NCBI GenBank assembly: GCA_964016885.1
Contig: OZ024761.1
Span: 5,642,001 to 5,706,000 of the forward strand
DNA length: 64,000 nucleotides
Origin: Eledone cirrhosa
Taxonomy: Eukaryota
Direction of reading: 5' to 3'
Shown here: piece by piece, positions 30,546 through 42,335 of the stretch
How positions within the stretch are numbered: position 1 is the first letter of the stretch
How the letters are laid out: the number at the start of each line of letters is the position of its first letter
Program-made: the position numbers and the translations under genes
The notes under the pieces: model-generated
The model's input: the letters and a program-made list of their open reading frames with translations, nothing else
Told to the model about the DNA's origin: nothing
Database searches by the model: none

Positions 30546-30738
30546 AGAGAGATAAACACAGATATAGTATCTTATTCACCCTAGCGAATCTGGTCCCTTA
30601 TGATTTGAACACATATATGTATATCTATATATATGTTTATCTATCTTTATTATATTAAATTATATTATAAGGCTCGGAATAGTTGAACTATTTTAATTGT
30701 AAACAACTATTCTTAATTTCTAACTCAATATATACTTT

Positions 30739-30769
<31 letters not shown>

Positions 30770-30783
30770 CGATATTAATAAAT

Positions 30784-30867
<84 letters not shown>

Positions 30868-30871
<4 letters not shown>

Positions 30872-31354
30872 GATATTAATAAATGGAAACTATATTTATA
30901 AAACCATATTTATTTCATTATACATATTTCAGTGATACCAAATTAAATTATGGTATGCCTTCATCAGACAAAATACAATATATAACAGTTTTACAAATAA
31001 GCTTTGACGTACCCTATTAAAATGCAACCATTGTTTTTGGAAGTCATCCGGATAGTGAATTAAAGTTATATAAACAATTCACTATCCGGATGACTTCCAA
31101 AAACAATGGTTGCATTTTAATAGGGTACGTCAAAGCTTATTTGTAAAACTGTTATATATTGTATTTTGTCTGATGAAGGCATACCATAATTTAATTTGGT
31201 ATCCCTGAAATATGTATAATGAAATAAATATGGTTTTATAAATATAGTTTCCATTTATTAATATCGTATATCTACTCCAAATACTTGTCGAGTGCTTTAT
31301 ATCAGTTATAAAAATATTTACTTGTTGTATCCCAACAATTTTAAATAGAACTTT

Positions 31355-31360
<6 letters not shown>
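30868..31360. mobile_element. PLE terminus with ~200 bp inverted duplication and hammerheads on both strands
   Basis: 30868-31070 is the reverse complement of about 31075-31268; CTGATGA AGG..CCT GAAA at about 31170-31210. Confidence 0.75.
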
Positions 31361-31399
<39 letters not shown>

Positions 31400-31407
<8 letters not shown>

Positions 31408-31615
31408 TAACAGATTAAAGTTTAAGCAAAGAATCGCTGCTTTCACCCTGACACTCAGAAGATCCCGTTAAGGGTGAAAGCACCGATTCTTTGCTTAAAC
31501 TTTAATCTGTTATTGTAATAAATATTTGCTCTATGGTTTTATATATTTTGATATATTTATATTTATCCTTATCGAGCCCTCTTCAAATTTTAGTCTTCAC
31601 ATTTATTATTATTAC

Positions 31616-31646
<31 letters not shown>

Positions 31647-32020
31647 GGGTAGCACACTGGAAGGTAATATCCGTAGTGGTAGAGTACTCAGTCCATGGGA
31701 CGAGTTTTGGTAGAAGTAGTATATATAGTATATATATATATATATATATAATATATATATATATATATAGTAATAATAATAAATTTGAAGACTAAAATCC
31801 AAAGAGGGCTCGATAAGGATCAATATATATCAAATATATAAGAACCGTAGAGCAAATATTTATTAAAATTACAGATTAAAGTTTAAGCAAAGAATCGCTG
31901 CTTTCACCCTTAACGGGATCTTCTGCGTTCACAGATTGATTTTTTTAGTTTCAGAAGATCCCGTTAAGGGTGAAAGCAGCGATTCTTTGCTTAAACTTTA
32001 ATCTGTTATTTTAATAAATA
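31400..32020. mobile_element. Nested inverted PLE-terminus fragments (CAGAAGA..GAAA family)
   Basis: Repeated CAGAAGATCCCGTTAAGGGTGAAAGCAGCGATTCTTTGCTTAAACT in both orientations. Confidence 0.6.
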
Positions 32021-32235
32021 TATATATATATATATGTAGGAATTATATTTAATTTGTTGGGATTCCAACAAACTTAAAAGTTTATAACTGATATAGAGCA
32101 CTCAACAGTAAACTGGAGTAAATATTCAATATATTATTAAATGGAAACTATATTTATAAAACCATAATTATTTTATTGAAATATATATAATAAAATAATT
32201 ATGGTTTTATAAATATAGTTTCCATTTATTAATAT

Positions 32236-32317
<82 letters not shown>

Positions 32318-32323
<6 letters not shown>

Positions 32324-32746
32324 TAAACGGAATAGAAAATGCTGACAAATTGTTCACAGTTGAAAAATGGTTTAATTAGGAATAAAAGAGTATTAGTGAT
32401 TGTATGGGTTAGTATTCAGTTGTGGTTTTAAGTTTTTAAGTTTTTACCGGTTGCGCATTTCTAAATGCTTTTCAAAAATAATTTTGAAATAGAGTGTCCG
32501 TGCTGTTTGCTCTGATCTGTGCAAACAGCACGGACACTCTATCTCAAAATTATTTTTGAAAAGCATTTAGAAATGCGCAACCGGTAACAACTTAAAAACT
32601 TAAAACTACAACTGAATACTAACCCATACAATCACTAATACTCTTTTATTCCTAATTAAACCATTTTTCAACTGTGAACAATTTGTCAGCATTTTCTATT
32701 CCGTTTACCAATATATAATAACTTGTGTGTTACACCTCTATTCTTT

Positions 32747-32752
<6 letters not shown>
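32318..32752. mobile_element. ~190 bp near-perfect inverted repeat in (TA)n, probable PLE terminus
   Basis: 32318-32510 is the reverse complement of 32521-32712; degenerate core TTGAAAA-GCATTT AG AAATGC-GCAA-CCGG-TA. Confidence 0.6.
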
Positions 32753-32779
<27 letters not shown>

Positions 32780-32782
<3 letters not shown>

Positions 32783-32880
32783 TGGAGTTGCGACTGGTAG
32801 ATAGTATTAGCAATTGGAAAGACCAATGGAAACATTGTTTCCTTGGTCCGATTTGACGAAAGTCGATCCACTATCGATAT
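32780..32880 (+). mobile_element. 3' part of SINE family B
   Basis: Matches 44347-44445. Confidence 0.8.
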
Positions 32881-32964
32881 ATATATAGTTGAAAATGAAA
32901 CACAGAATGCAATTGTACAGTTATATTAGATTCACGCTAATATCTATCTATCTATCTATCTCTA

Positions 32965-33018
<54 letters not shown>

Positions 33019-33642
33019 ACAGTTCTGCACGCAATTGTACACTGCCCGGGCGTAACCGACCTGTGGAACTATGCAGAACAACTGCTGTCGCATATGGGAC
33101 AAATACAGTTGACTGCCGAGTCCATAGTAAGGATCAAACCGCCAGACTCTTTCAAAAACGAAAGAGAGGCGGTTTTCCTCTGTACGGTGGCTATGGTGAA
33201 AGAAGTTATATGGTGGACGAGGTTGAGAGGACTGAGGACAGATGCCTTTCTCTCCGGACAACAATTGATTCCATTCTTTAAGTATCACTTTAGAAGGAGA
33301 ATCAGGGTGGATAGAGAGGCACTGCACCCCAGTAAATTTACTGAAAGGTGGGTGAATGAAGCGAAAATGGCCCGAGTGATTGGGCCTTCTCTGTTTATAA
33401 GCCTGTAGGTTGAGGAAGAGAGCAAAAGGAAGAAAGGAGCACTTGCACAACACGCTCCTTGAGTTGAGGGTTGTTCTATCGACGGGGTATTAAACAACCC
33501 ATTTGTGGCGCCTCCCCCCTATTGGGGATTTCGATTGTTGAAATTGTTTGTTTTTATATTTTTTACACGACTGTATGTAAAATCCCCGGCATGTCTTTGT
33601 ATTGTCCCCTTTCTTGTTGCGCCCTTGTGGCTAATAAAGAAA
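33019..33642 (+). mobile_element. 5'-truncated Tx1 copy flanked by (TATC)n
   Basis: IKPPDSFKNEREAVFLC..WWTRLRGLR..ERWVNEAKMARV matches the ORF2 C-terminus; ends GTGGCTAATAAAGAA. Confidence 0.92.
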
Positions 33643-33871
33643 TCTATCTATCTATCTATCTATCTATCTTGATAGAGTAAGACACGCTTCGCATCGGCTC
33701 CGCTATTCCATCGGGATTTACCCTTACTATTGTAAGTACCGGATAAAATTTTTAGTGCAACACATTTGGAACACTAACCCCTGTTATTTAGGGAAACATT
33801 TTTGCATTTACCCCCTTTTTAGGGGGTAAAATAAATATCTATTTTTGCCGAAAAATTTCTTTCTTGGCAGC

Positions 33872-35707
33872 ATGGCGGAAAAGATGGCAGACATGTCTGC
33901 CATTAGCTCTGCCACGCCCCCCAAGTCTGAAGAACAAAAAATAATTACAACAAAATTAGACATTGAAACAAACAAACAAAATGAAAAAACAAATGTTAAG
34001 GAAAATGAGCAAACAGAAAACAAACAAACAGAAAATAATACAAATAACGACAGGGCAACTTTCGCCCAGAAAACAAAGCAATCCATTACATACACACCAA
34101 TTGACCTAACTGCCGCCAGAGAAAAACTGGCCGAAGCAAAGAAACATATTGTTTTGGGGGAGAATGGAATGTTTTCCATTAACTCCCCCCCAGAATTCAA
34201 GAAAGCCAGAGCAGAAAACACAGTTATATACAGAACTATACTAAACCAGTCAAGAAAGCCAGCACAGCCCAGCCAAATGGAAATAGAGTTAGTCCTAAAA
34301 GACTATATGAAGAATATTCTCTTCATACGAAAGGACCGACTCTATGGCAGCATTTCGGTCCTAACAAGAGACAAAGAAACGGCGGTTCAGCTTTCCCTAA
34401 GCCCACTCTCGTCGACAACATATAGCTTCTATCCCTCCTACATGGGTAGAAGAACACAGAGGGTAAAAGTAAAAACAATGCTGCCCACAATGGACTTCTG
34501 GTGGGCTATTGCTGGCTTCATTGATATGGGCGAAGACACTATGCTGTCAATGGGGAAGGCAACTGGAGATGCGTTCCTGGGAATGGGCCTCGACATACTA
34601 GTCCAAATGAGGCCCGAAAGAATAGCACAAATCCCGGATCGCATCTGGCTGGATGACCTTACCCCAATAGACATAATTGTAGAGGGGAGAAGACCAGCAT
34701 GCTATTTATGCATGGAAAGGGGACACGTTAAGGCTAACTGCCCGAAACGTATCCCCCAAAAAGGACTATTGCCCACACCCACCACAAACAGTACACCAGC
34801 ACCACCCACCTCCAAAAATACACTAATACCACACACAGCAAACAAAATACAGACACCACCAACCACAAACACAACACAAACATCACCACCACCAGCACCA
34901 AACACAAGCACGACACAAAAATCACCACCACCAACCACAACACAAACATCACCACCACCATTACCAACCACAAGCACGACACAAACATTACCACCACCAC
35001 CACCACAAAACCCATTCCAAACAAATAATAAAAAAAACAGTAACAAATCTACCCCTCCCGCAAAAAAAAAACAACCACACAACACGTCCCTCCCACCTAG
35101 CGCTGAAGAGTTTCCCCCAACTTCTGAAGAAGAAGGAGGAGAAGCCTTCAGACAAGTTAAAAGAAAAAAAAGAAAACACACACCCAGCACACCACAAATA
35201 ACCCACACACAAACACCAACTCCAATCAAAAACACCCCACCCTCAACAAACAAAAATAAATCTGCGCCTCCCCTCTCCGAAACATTGACAGCATCACAAA
35301 AAAAGACGTTGCAATACACATATATAAATAAAGAAAACAAAAAACTGGTTAAATTAATAAACAATAACCCTATGGTGCAGACCGAAGGGCCAAACTTTAT
35401 CTCAACAGAGAACTTCACCCATTTAAAAATGATAAAGGTCCCTCTGGACCTTTATCGTTCCTTAAAAGAACAATTTAGACGGGACGTGAGCCCCCCCTGT
35501 TTAAAACCGTTGAATCGCGTCCTCTTGAAAGATTTCCCCATAACCGCCCCTCTCCCTGACACAACTCCAAATACCCCAACCCCACCACACACGTGTACCC
35601 CCACACCACCACAAAACATCCCTCCACCCAACACACCTGATGCCATGGAAATTACGCAACCCGGAGAGGTAAGTGCTTTTCTTTCTTCACTTTCAACACC
35701 AAAATAG
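33872..35707 (+). CDS. ORF1p, gag-like nucleic-acid-binding protein with CCHC knuckle and P/T-rich tract
   Basis: First ATG at 33872; VEGRRPACYLCMERGHVKANCP. Confidence 0.9.
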   Translation: MAEKMADMSAISSATPPKSEEQKIITTKLDIETNKQNEKTNVKENEQTENKQTENNTNNDRATFAQKTKQSITYTPIDLTAAREKLAEAKKHIVLGENGMFSINSPPEFKKARAENTVIYRTILNQSRKPAQPSQMEIELVLKDYMKNILFIRKDRLYGSISVLTRDKETAVQLSLSPLSSTTYSFYPSYMGRRTQRVKVKTMLPTMDFWWAIAGFIDMGEDTMLSMGKATGDAFLGMGLDILVQMRPERIAQIPDRIWLDDLTPIDIIVEGRRPACYLCMERGHVKANCPKRIPQKGLLPTPTTNSTPAPPTSKNTLIPHTANKIQTPPTTNTTQTSPPPAPNTSTTQKSPPPTTTQTSPPPLPTTSTTQTLPPPPPQNPFQTNNKKNSNKSTPPAKKKQPHNTSLPPSAEEFPPTSEEEGGEAFRQVKRKKRKHTPSTPQITHTQTPTPIKNTPPSTNKNKSAPPLSETLTASQKKTLQYTYINKENKKLVKLINNNPMVQTEGPNFISTENFTHLKMIKVPLDLYRSLKEQFRRDVSPPCLKPLNRVLLKDFPITAPLPDTTPNTPTPPHTCTPTPPQNIPPPNTPDAMEITQPGEVSAFLSSLSTPK

Positions 35708-38700
35708 ATCAATTGAGAGTTGGCTGTTTGAACGCGCGTGGCCTGAGCTCAGCTTGGAAGCAAGCAAAGCTTCTAAGTGACCTCAGGTCACAAAGTATAG
35801 ATGTGATGGTTGTTTGCGAGAGTCGGATCAGCAGCGTGAGACAGCTGGCGCCCGCCTTCGATGACTTTGAGATGCACGCATCTCTCTGTCAACCCGGAGG
35901 CGGGGGGGGAGTTGCCGTACTGCTGGATAAACGTCTAACTCTCGACGTACAGATTGTTCACTCGGACCCGGGGGGTCGATTACTGGTGCTGGACGTCGGA
36001 GGTGGTGAAGGCGGGGCTTTCAGACTGGTCGGTCTTTATGCTCCCTTCGGGGCGGAGAGAGCCGACTTCTTCCAACGTCTGGAGACTTTTCTAGGAACGT
36101 CGCGTTCCCTGCTTTTAGTGGGGGACTGGAATGGAATCCTAGATGCGCGTTGGGACTATGCAGGGGCATGTCCCGATAGAGGGGGGTGTAGCAGCCTCAA
36201 GGGGTTACTCGATCGATTCGACCTGGTCGATAGATTTCGACTAGATTGTCCAACTGCACCAACCTGGACCTGGGCAAACCGCAGTGGACAATCTAGATCG
36301 TACCTAGATAGGTTTTTAGTTAGGAGTAAGGATAGGGACGTATTTAGTTGTCCAGAACTGATCATGGTTGGCTATTCAGATCACAAATTAGTGACCTGCG
36401 TGGTCAACCTTGATAGAACGCATAGACAGGGTCCCGGTTACTGGAAGATGAACTTGTCCTTACCGACAAAGAAAGATTACAGAAACCGGATTAGTAGCTT
36501 AGTTAAGATGCGGTTGACGGGAGCGATCGTCAACAGTAGGTGGTGGATATCTCTAAAGAGAGAGATTAGAGTAAGTTCGATAGGTTACAGTAAGGAACTA
36601 GCGGCGAATAGAAATAGGAGGGAAAGGGAGTTAACAGATAAACTAGAAGAGGCGATTAGGAGCGGAGACGTAGCCAGAGTGTTAGCGACGAGAACGGCAT
36701 TGAGCCAGTTCTTTGACGCGAAGCACGAAGGCTGCGTTGTCCGAAGTAAAATACGTGCTTTAGGAAACGAGGGGACCAAAGCTGTTAGCTGGGCCCGCGT
36801 GACAGAAGCCAAGAGTGGGATTAAATCCACCATTCGGTCTTTGCGAGACCAGGATGGACGGGTGATCCTTGAACCTGAGCGAATGTGCGAGACCTTTCAA
36901 AGGCACTTTGCTCGACTGTTCGGAGGTGGCGGGGGGCCGGACGGGGATGTGGACTTCGGTCCATACCTCGACGGTCTACCGCGTCTTTCGAGCGGCGAAG
37001 CGGAGTGCTGCGAAGGGCCAATCACAGCCACTGAAATCGGGGAAGCGCTCAGCCAATGCAGCAGACGCAAATCCCCGGGTCTCGATGGTCTACCATACGA
37101 ACTTTATTTAGCTATGCCGGTCTTGTTCTCCGAACTCCTCGAGGCTGTCTATTGCAACTGGCAACAGAACGGGAGAATTCCCTGTTCTGTGACCAAGGGC
37201 GTGGTCACGCTAGTGAGGAAGGACGAGAGCAAGGGGGACGACTTAAGTAACTTCAGGCCCATAACTCTGCTGAATGCAGAGTTACAGATTTTGGCCAAGG
37301 TGTTGGCGAAGAGGTTGGCGCTTGTGGTGGGTGGTTTGGTGGGAGACGCGCAGACATGCGCTATCCCGTCCAGGTCCATTCACGACAACCTCCACCTCAT
37401 GCGATACATCATAGAGAGGGTTGGCTACGAACCCGGCTTTGGGGGGGCCCTGATCAACTTGGATCAATCTAAGGCGTTCGATAGGGTCGACCATGGTTAC
37501 CTGGATGCGGTGCTAGCGGCGGCGGGCTTCGGACCCGTTTTCAGGGGCTGGATTTCTGCCATGCACAGTGGCAACATCTACTCTAGGATTAAAGTAAACG
37601 GCTACCTCTCGGAGCCGTTTCAAATCACCCGATCCATCAGACAGGGGTGCCCCCTCTCCTCCCTTCTGTACGTATTGACTCTCGAGCCACTGCTGCGGAA
37701 GTTGGAGTTGCTGCGGGGCATACCCCTGGAACCGGGATTGCACAAAGCGGTCTCGGCCTATGCCGACGACGTAACAGTAATGGTGGCGGACGCCTCGGAA
37801 ATCGGGGCGATCGCCACCCTACTGGAGGAATACGAAAGGCTGACGGGGGCTAAGCTGAACCAGGACAAGTCAGTCGGTTTGCAACTCGGAACGTGGAGGG
37901 GCAAACCGATGCCGTTAGACGGTGTCGTCGGGCGGTGGACGGAGGGCCCGGTGAAGCTGCTCGGGGTCTGGTTCGGACCGGACCTCCAGGTGGAGAAGAA
38001 TTGGGGCGAGGTGACGAGCAGGGTGTTTGCGCTGACCCAGAAGTGGGCCAAGTGCAAACTATCACTGAAAGGTCGGGCGGAGGTGACGAACGCTTACATA
38101 GCGTCCGTCATCTACTACCGCCTGACCGTCGTGCCTTGCCCCAAGGAAAAGCTCACCATCATGGAACGCATGCTCTTCCAGTTCCTCTGGAAGAAGCGGC
38201 CTCCCATGGTGAGGAGATCCATCTGCTGCCAGCACCCTTCGAAAGGAGGGCTGGGTATGCCGTGGCTGTTGATGCGTAGGCACGCATTGAGGCTACGGCA
38301 TCTACAGGTATTCCTCAACGGTCAGCCGGTGTGGGCCCCGTTTGTGAGGCGAGCCTTCCCACAGCTCGTCTCGCTCACCGAACTGCAATCCTGGGTGAAG
38401 CAAAGACCGAGAAAACTGGGCAACTGGCACACTGAGTGTGCCCAGGCGCTCACGGCTATCTGGCAAGCGGACCCGACTGTCAGTGGAGAATCCACCTCGA
38501 CATTCTATAGAGGGTTGGTGGCTAGCAGGGGCGACGACACCCTTGGAGAGTCGCTAGGCATGGAGGAGGACGAACTGGCCAGCCTGTTCGGTAGAACTTT
38601 CGGCCCGGGACCCATGGACAACTTCCAGAGGTCCCTAGCCTGGCAGTGTTACCGGGGGGCTCTGCCCGTTCGAGAAAAGCTCTACAGACACGGGCGCCCG

Positions 38701-39141
38701 GGCAGGGATCCCGCGAAAAAGATCTGTCCCAGATGCGTGCGCGACGAGGAAACCGTTGCGCATGCACTGGTACACTGCCCGGGCGTTGCCGATCTGTGGG
38801 CCTACGTCGAACGACTGCTGTCGCGTGTGGCGCCGATTCGATTAACCGCCGAGTCTGTGGTGAACATCAAGCCGCCTCCTCCCTTCAGAAATGAAGCAGA
38901 GGCGGTCTTTCTGTGCGTAATAGCCATGATGAAAGAGGTTGTGTGGTGGACGCGCCTGAAAGGTCTGAGGTCGGGTGACTTTCTCTCCGGCCATCACCTG
39001 GTTTACTTCTTCCGATACCACTTCGGAAGAAGAATCAGGATGGAGAGAGAAGTGCTTGGTCCCAGACAGTTTTATGAAAGGTGGGTGAAAGAAGCGAGAA
39101 TGGCCCGTGTAAATGGGCCTTCTCTCTACATTGTTCTGTAG
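35704..39141 (+). CDS. ORF2p: APE endonuclease, reverse transcriptase and C-terminal CCHC finger; uninterrupted, start codon reads ATA
   Basis: RVGCLNARGL, GDWN, SDH, FRPITLLN, DQSKAFDRV, RQGCPLS, AYADDV, CPRC..ETVAHALVHC. Confidence 0.95.
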   Translation: MDQLRVGCLNARGLSSAWKQAKLLSDLRSQSIDVMVVCESRISSVRQLAPAFDDFEMHASLCQPGGGGGVAVLLDKRLTLDVQIVHSDPGGRLLVLDVGGGEGGAFRLVGLYAPFGAERADFFQRLETFLGTSRSLLLVGDWNGILDARWDYAGACPDRGGCSSLKGLLDRFDLVDRFRLDCPTAPTWTWANRSGQSRSYLDRFLVRSKDRDVFSCPELIMVGYSDHKLVTCVVNLDRTHRQGPGYWKMNLSLPTKKDYRNRISSLVKMRLTGAIVNSRWWISLKREIRVSSIGYSKELAANRNRRERELTDKLEEAIRSGDVARVLATRTALSQFFDAKHEGCVVRSKIRALGNEGTKAVSWARVTEAKSGIKSTIRSLRDQDGRVILEPERMCETFQRHFARLFGGGGGPDGDVDFGPYLDGLPRLSSGEAECCEGPITATEIGEALSQCSRRKSPGLDGLPYELYLAMPVLFSELLEAVYCNWQQNGRIPCSVTKGVVTLVRKDESKGDDLSNFRPITLLNAELQILAKVLAKRLALVVGGLVGDAQTCAIPSRSIHDNLHLMRYIIERVGYEPGFGGALINLDQSKAFDRVDHGYLDAVLAAAGFGPVFRGWISAMHSGNIYSRIKVNGYLSEPFQITRSIRQGCPLSSLLYVLTLEPLLRKLELLRGIPLEPGLHKAVSAYADDVTVMVADASEIGAIATLLEEYERLTGAKLNQDKSVGLQLGTWRGKPMPLDGVVGRWTEGPVKLLGVWFGPDLQVEKNWGEVTSRVFALTQKWAKCKLSLKGRAEVTNAYIASVIYYRLTVVPCPKEKLTIMERMLFQFLWKKRPPMVRRSICCQHPSKGGLGMPWLLMRRHALRLRHLQVFLNGQPVWAPFVRRAFPQLVSLTELQSWVKQRPRKLGNWHTECAQALTAIWQADPTVSGESTSTFYRGLVASRGDDTLGESLGMEEDELASLFGRTFGPGPMDNFQRSLAWQCYRGALPVREKLYRHGRPGRDPAKKICPRCVRDEETVAHALVHCPGVADLWAYVERLLSRVAPIRLTAESVVNIKPPPPFRNEAEAVFLCVIAMMKEVVWWTRLKGLRSGDFLSGHHLVYFFRYHFGRRIRMEREVLGPRQFYERWVKEARMARVNGPSLYIVL

Positions 39142-39385
39142 GTGAAGAAGTGAAGAGGAAAGGGGGAGCGCCTCCTCTCTGGGCTTCCCCAGCGAAAAGA
39201 GTTGCACACTTTTCGGGGGTATGTGCAATCCCCAACACGCCCCCTCCCTTTTGAGGACTTTTTATTGTTATATTATTATTGTTATTCCTTTTTTCTTTAC
39301 TCGATTTATGTAAACTCCCCCACTGTGTAAATGTCCCTTTCTTTTGTGCCCTCGTGGCAAATAAATAGAAATTTATCTCTATATC

Positions 39386-39634
39386 AGCCTGTAAGTTGAG
39401 GAAAAAGAGGAGGAGAGGAAAGGAGTACAAACTCTTCGTACTCCTGGAGATGAGGGTTGCACATTTTTTTTCGGGGGTATGTGTTACCCATATATAATGT
39501 CTCCCCCTATTGGGGAAAATTGACTAATTTTTAAATCGCATTTGTGATAATATTTTACACGTTTTCATTATATGTAAACTTCCTCCTTTGTATTTGTCCC
39601 CTTCTTTTGTGCCCCTGTAGCTAATAAAGAAACA
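39386..39634 (+). mobile_element. Tx1 3'UTR-only copy ending in (TATC)n
   Basis: Starts at the ORF2 stop region (AGCCTGTAA); CCCCCTATTGGGGA; GCTAATAAAGAAA. Confidence 0.85.
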
Positions 39635-39670
39635 TATCTATCTATCTATCTATCTAGCTAGCTAGCTATA

Positions 39671-40003
39671 GGCACTTCAACCCAGTAAATTTACTGAAAG
39701 GTGGGTGAATGTAGCAAAAATGGCCCGAGTGATTGGGCCTTCTCTGTATATAAACCTGTAGGTTGAGGGAGAGAGCAAAAGGAAGAAAGGGGCACTTGTA
39801 CAACACGCTCCTGGAGTTGAGGGTTGTTCTATCTATGGGGTATTAAACAACCCATTTGTAACGCCTCCCCCCTATTGGGGATTTCGATTGTTGAATTGGG
39901 TTGTTTAAACAAATTTTTTTTTACACGATTGTATGTAAAATCCCCGGCATATGTCTTTGTATTGTCCCCTTTCTTGTGTGCCCTTGTGGCAAATAAAGAA
40001 AGT
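39671..40003 (+). mobile_element. 5'-truncated Tx1 copy
   Basis: Highly similar to 33318-33642; followed by TATC-like repeats. Confidence 0.9.
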
Positions 40004-40058
40004 TATCTATATATCTACCTACCTATCTATCCATCTCTCTCTCTCTCTCCCTCTCTCC

Positions 40059-40110
<52 letters not shown>

Positions 40111-40159
40111 GGGGATAGATAAATAGATATCTCTCTTTATTTGCCACAGGATAGATATA

Positions 40160-40222
40160 GATATACATACATACATACCTGCATACATATATACATATAC
40201 ACATATATATATATATATATAG

Positions 40223-40291
<69 letters not shown>

Positions 40292-41650
40292 CATTCATAC
40301 TTTCATATATATATATATACATACATAGATACATACTTTCATATATATATATATATATATATACATACATACATACTTTCATATATATATATATATACAT
40401 ACATAGATACATACTTTCATATATATATATATATATACATACATACATACTTTCATATATATATATATATACATACATAGATACATACATACTTTCATAT
40501 ATATATATATACATACATAGATACATACATATATACAAACACGTATATGAATACATAGGTACACTCACAAACACATGTTGTGTATCTCTCTATATACGGA
40601 CATTCCTATGGGCGCCTCTCATTTGTATATACAAGATGTCATGTGTATGATGTTTAGCCAATCAGTATAGATATTCAGTGAATAGATCGATAGTGATTGT
40701 TGTAAAACACCATATATGGATTAGACTTGCAAATGGAAGGGTGGCAGAGGAAGAATATCGGTGGGAGGGGCGTGTTTCCCTCTTATCGTCTGCCTGTCTA
40801 TATGTATCTAGATATTTATGTATGTATGTATATATTTATTTATGTATGATGTATGTATGTGATATATATATATATGTATGTATATATGTATGTATATATG
40901 TATGTATGATGAATATATGTATGTATGTATGTATATATGTATATATGTATGATATATATATGTATATATGTATGTATAGATGTATATATGTATGTGTGAT
41001 GAATATATGTATGTATGTATGTATATATGTATGTATATATGTATGATATATATATGTATATATGTATGTATAGATGTATATATGTATGTATGATGAATAT
41101 ATGTATGTATGTATATATGTATGTATGTATGATGAATATATGTATGTATGTATATATGTATGATATATATATCTATATATGTATATATGTATATATGTAT
41201 GTATGATGTATATATGTATGTATGTATATATGTATGTATGATGAATATATGTATGTATGTATGATGTGTATACGTATGTATGATGTATATATGTATGATA
41301 TATCTAAGTATGTATGTTTGTATTTATGTATGTCTGATGTATATATATATATATATATGATGTTTTATGTATATATATGTACGTATTTATGTATGTATAT
41401 ATATATATATATTTATGTATATATGACGTATATATGTATGATATATTTATGTTGTATTGCTGGTGTATATCTATATGATGTATTTATGTATATATGTATA
41501 TCTATGTATGTATGTATGTATGTATGTATGTATGTATGTATGTATGTATTTATATATATGTATGTATGATATATATATATATATATATATGTATGTTTGA
41601 TGTATGTTTAGTAATATCTATATATCTAAACAATTGCTACGACTATCGGC

Positions 41651-41705
<55 letters not shown>

Positions 41706-41730
41706 TATATAAATATATATATATATACAC

Positions 41731-41805
<75 letters not shown>

Positions 41806-41844
41806 CATATATATATACATATATATATATACATATATATATAT

Positions 41845-41896
<52 letters not shown>

Positions 41897-42335
41897 GCTT
41901 TTGTCTGTGTATAAACATAAGTAAATAATATATTTCTCTTCTCAGTTGAGCAGTTTTCCTTTCTCCTGTGTCACACACACACTCACACATACATACACAC
42001 ACACTCACACATACATACACACACACTCACACATACATACACACACAGACACACACACATACACACCCACCCTCGCACACTCACACACACGTACTCGCGC
42101 ACACAGACACACACACATACACACACACACTCACACTCGCACACACGCACACGCGCGGATATTGCTACACACACACATACTCGCACACATACATACACAC
42201 ATACACTCGCACACAGGCTCACACACACGCACATACACAAAAACACACTCGCACACACACACTCGCGCGCACACACACACACTTGCACGCACACACACAC
42301 ACACACACACTTGCGCACACACACACCTATATATA
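40160..42335. repeat. TA/TG/CA microsatellite fields with a short unique island at about 40570-40800
   Basis: Directly visible. Confidence 0.85.

Larger units (their letters stand above)
33670..39373 (+). mobile_element. Apparently full-length Tx1/L1-clade non-LTR retrotransposon
   Basis: 5'UTR, ORF1, ORF2 and 3'UTR ending GTGGCAAATAAATAGAA; TATC repeats on both sides. Confidence 0.95.

Noticed and set aside
35669-35707. Intron whose removal fuses Tx1 ORF1 to ORF2
   Set aside because: Removing 39 nt stays in the ORF1 frame and hits TGA two codons later
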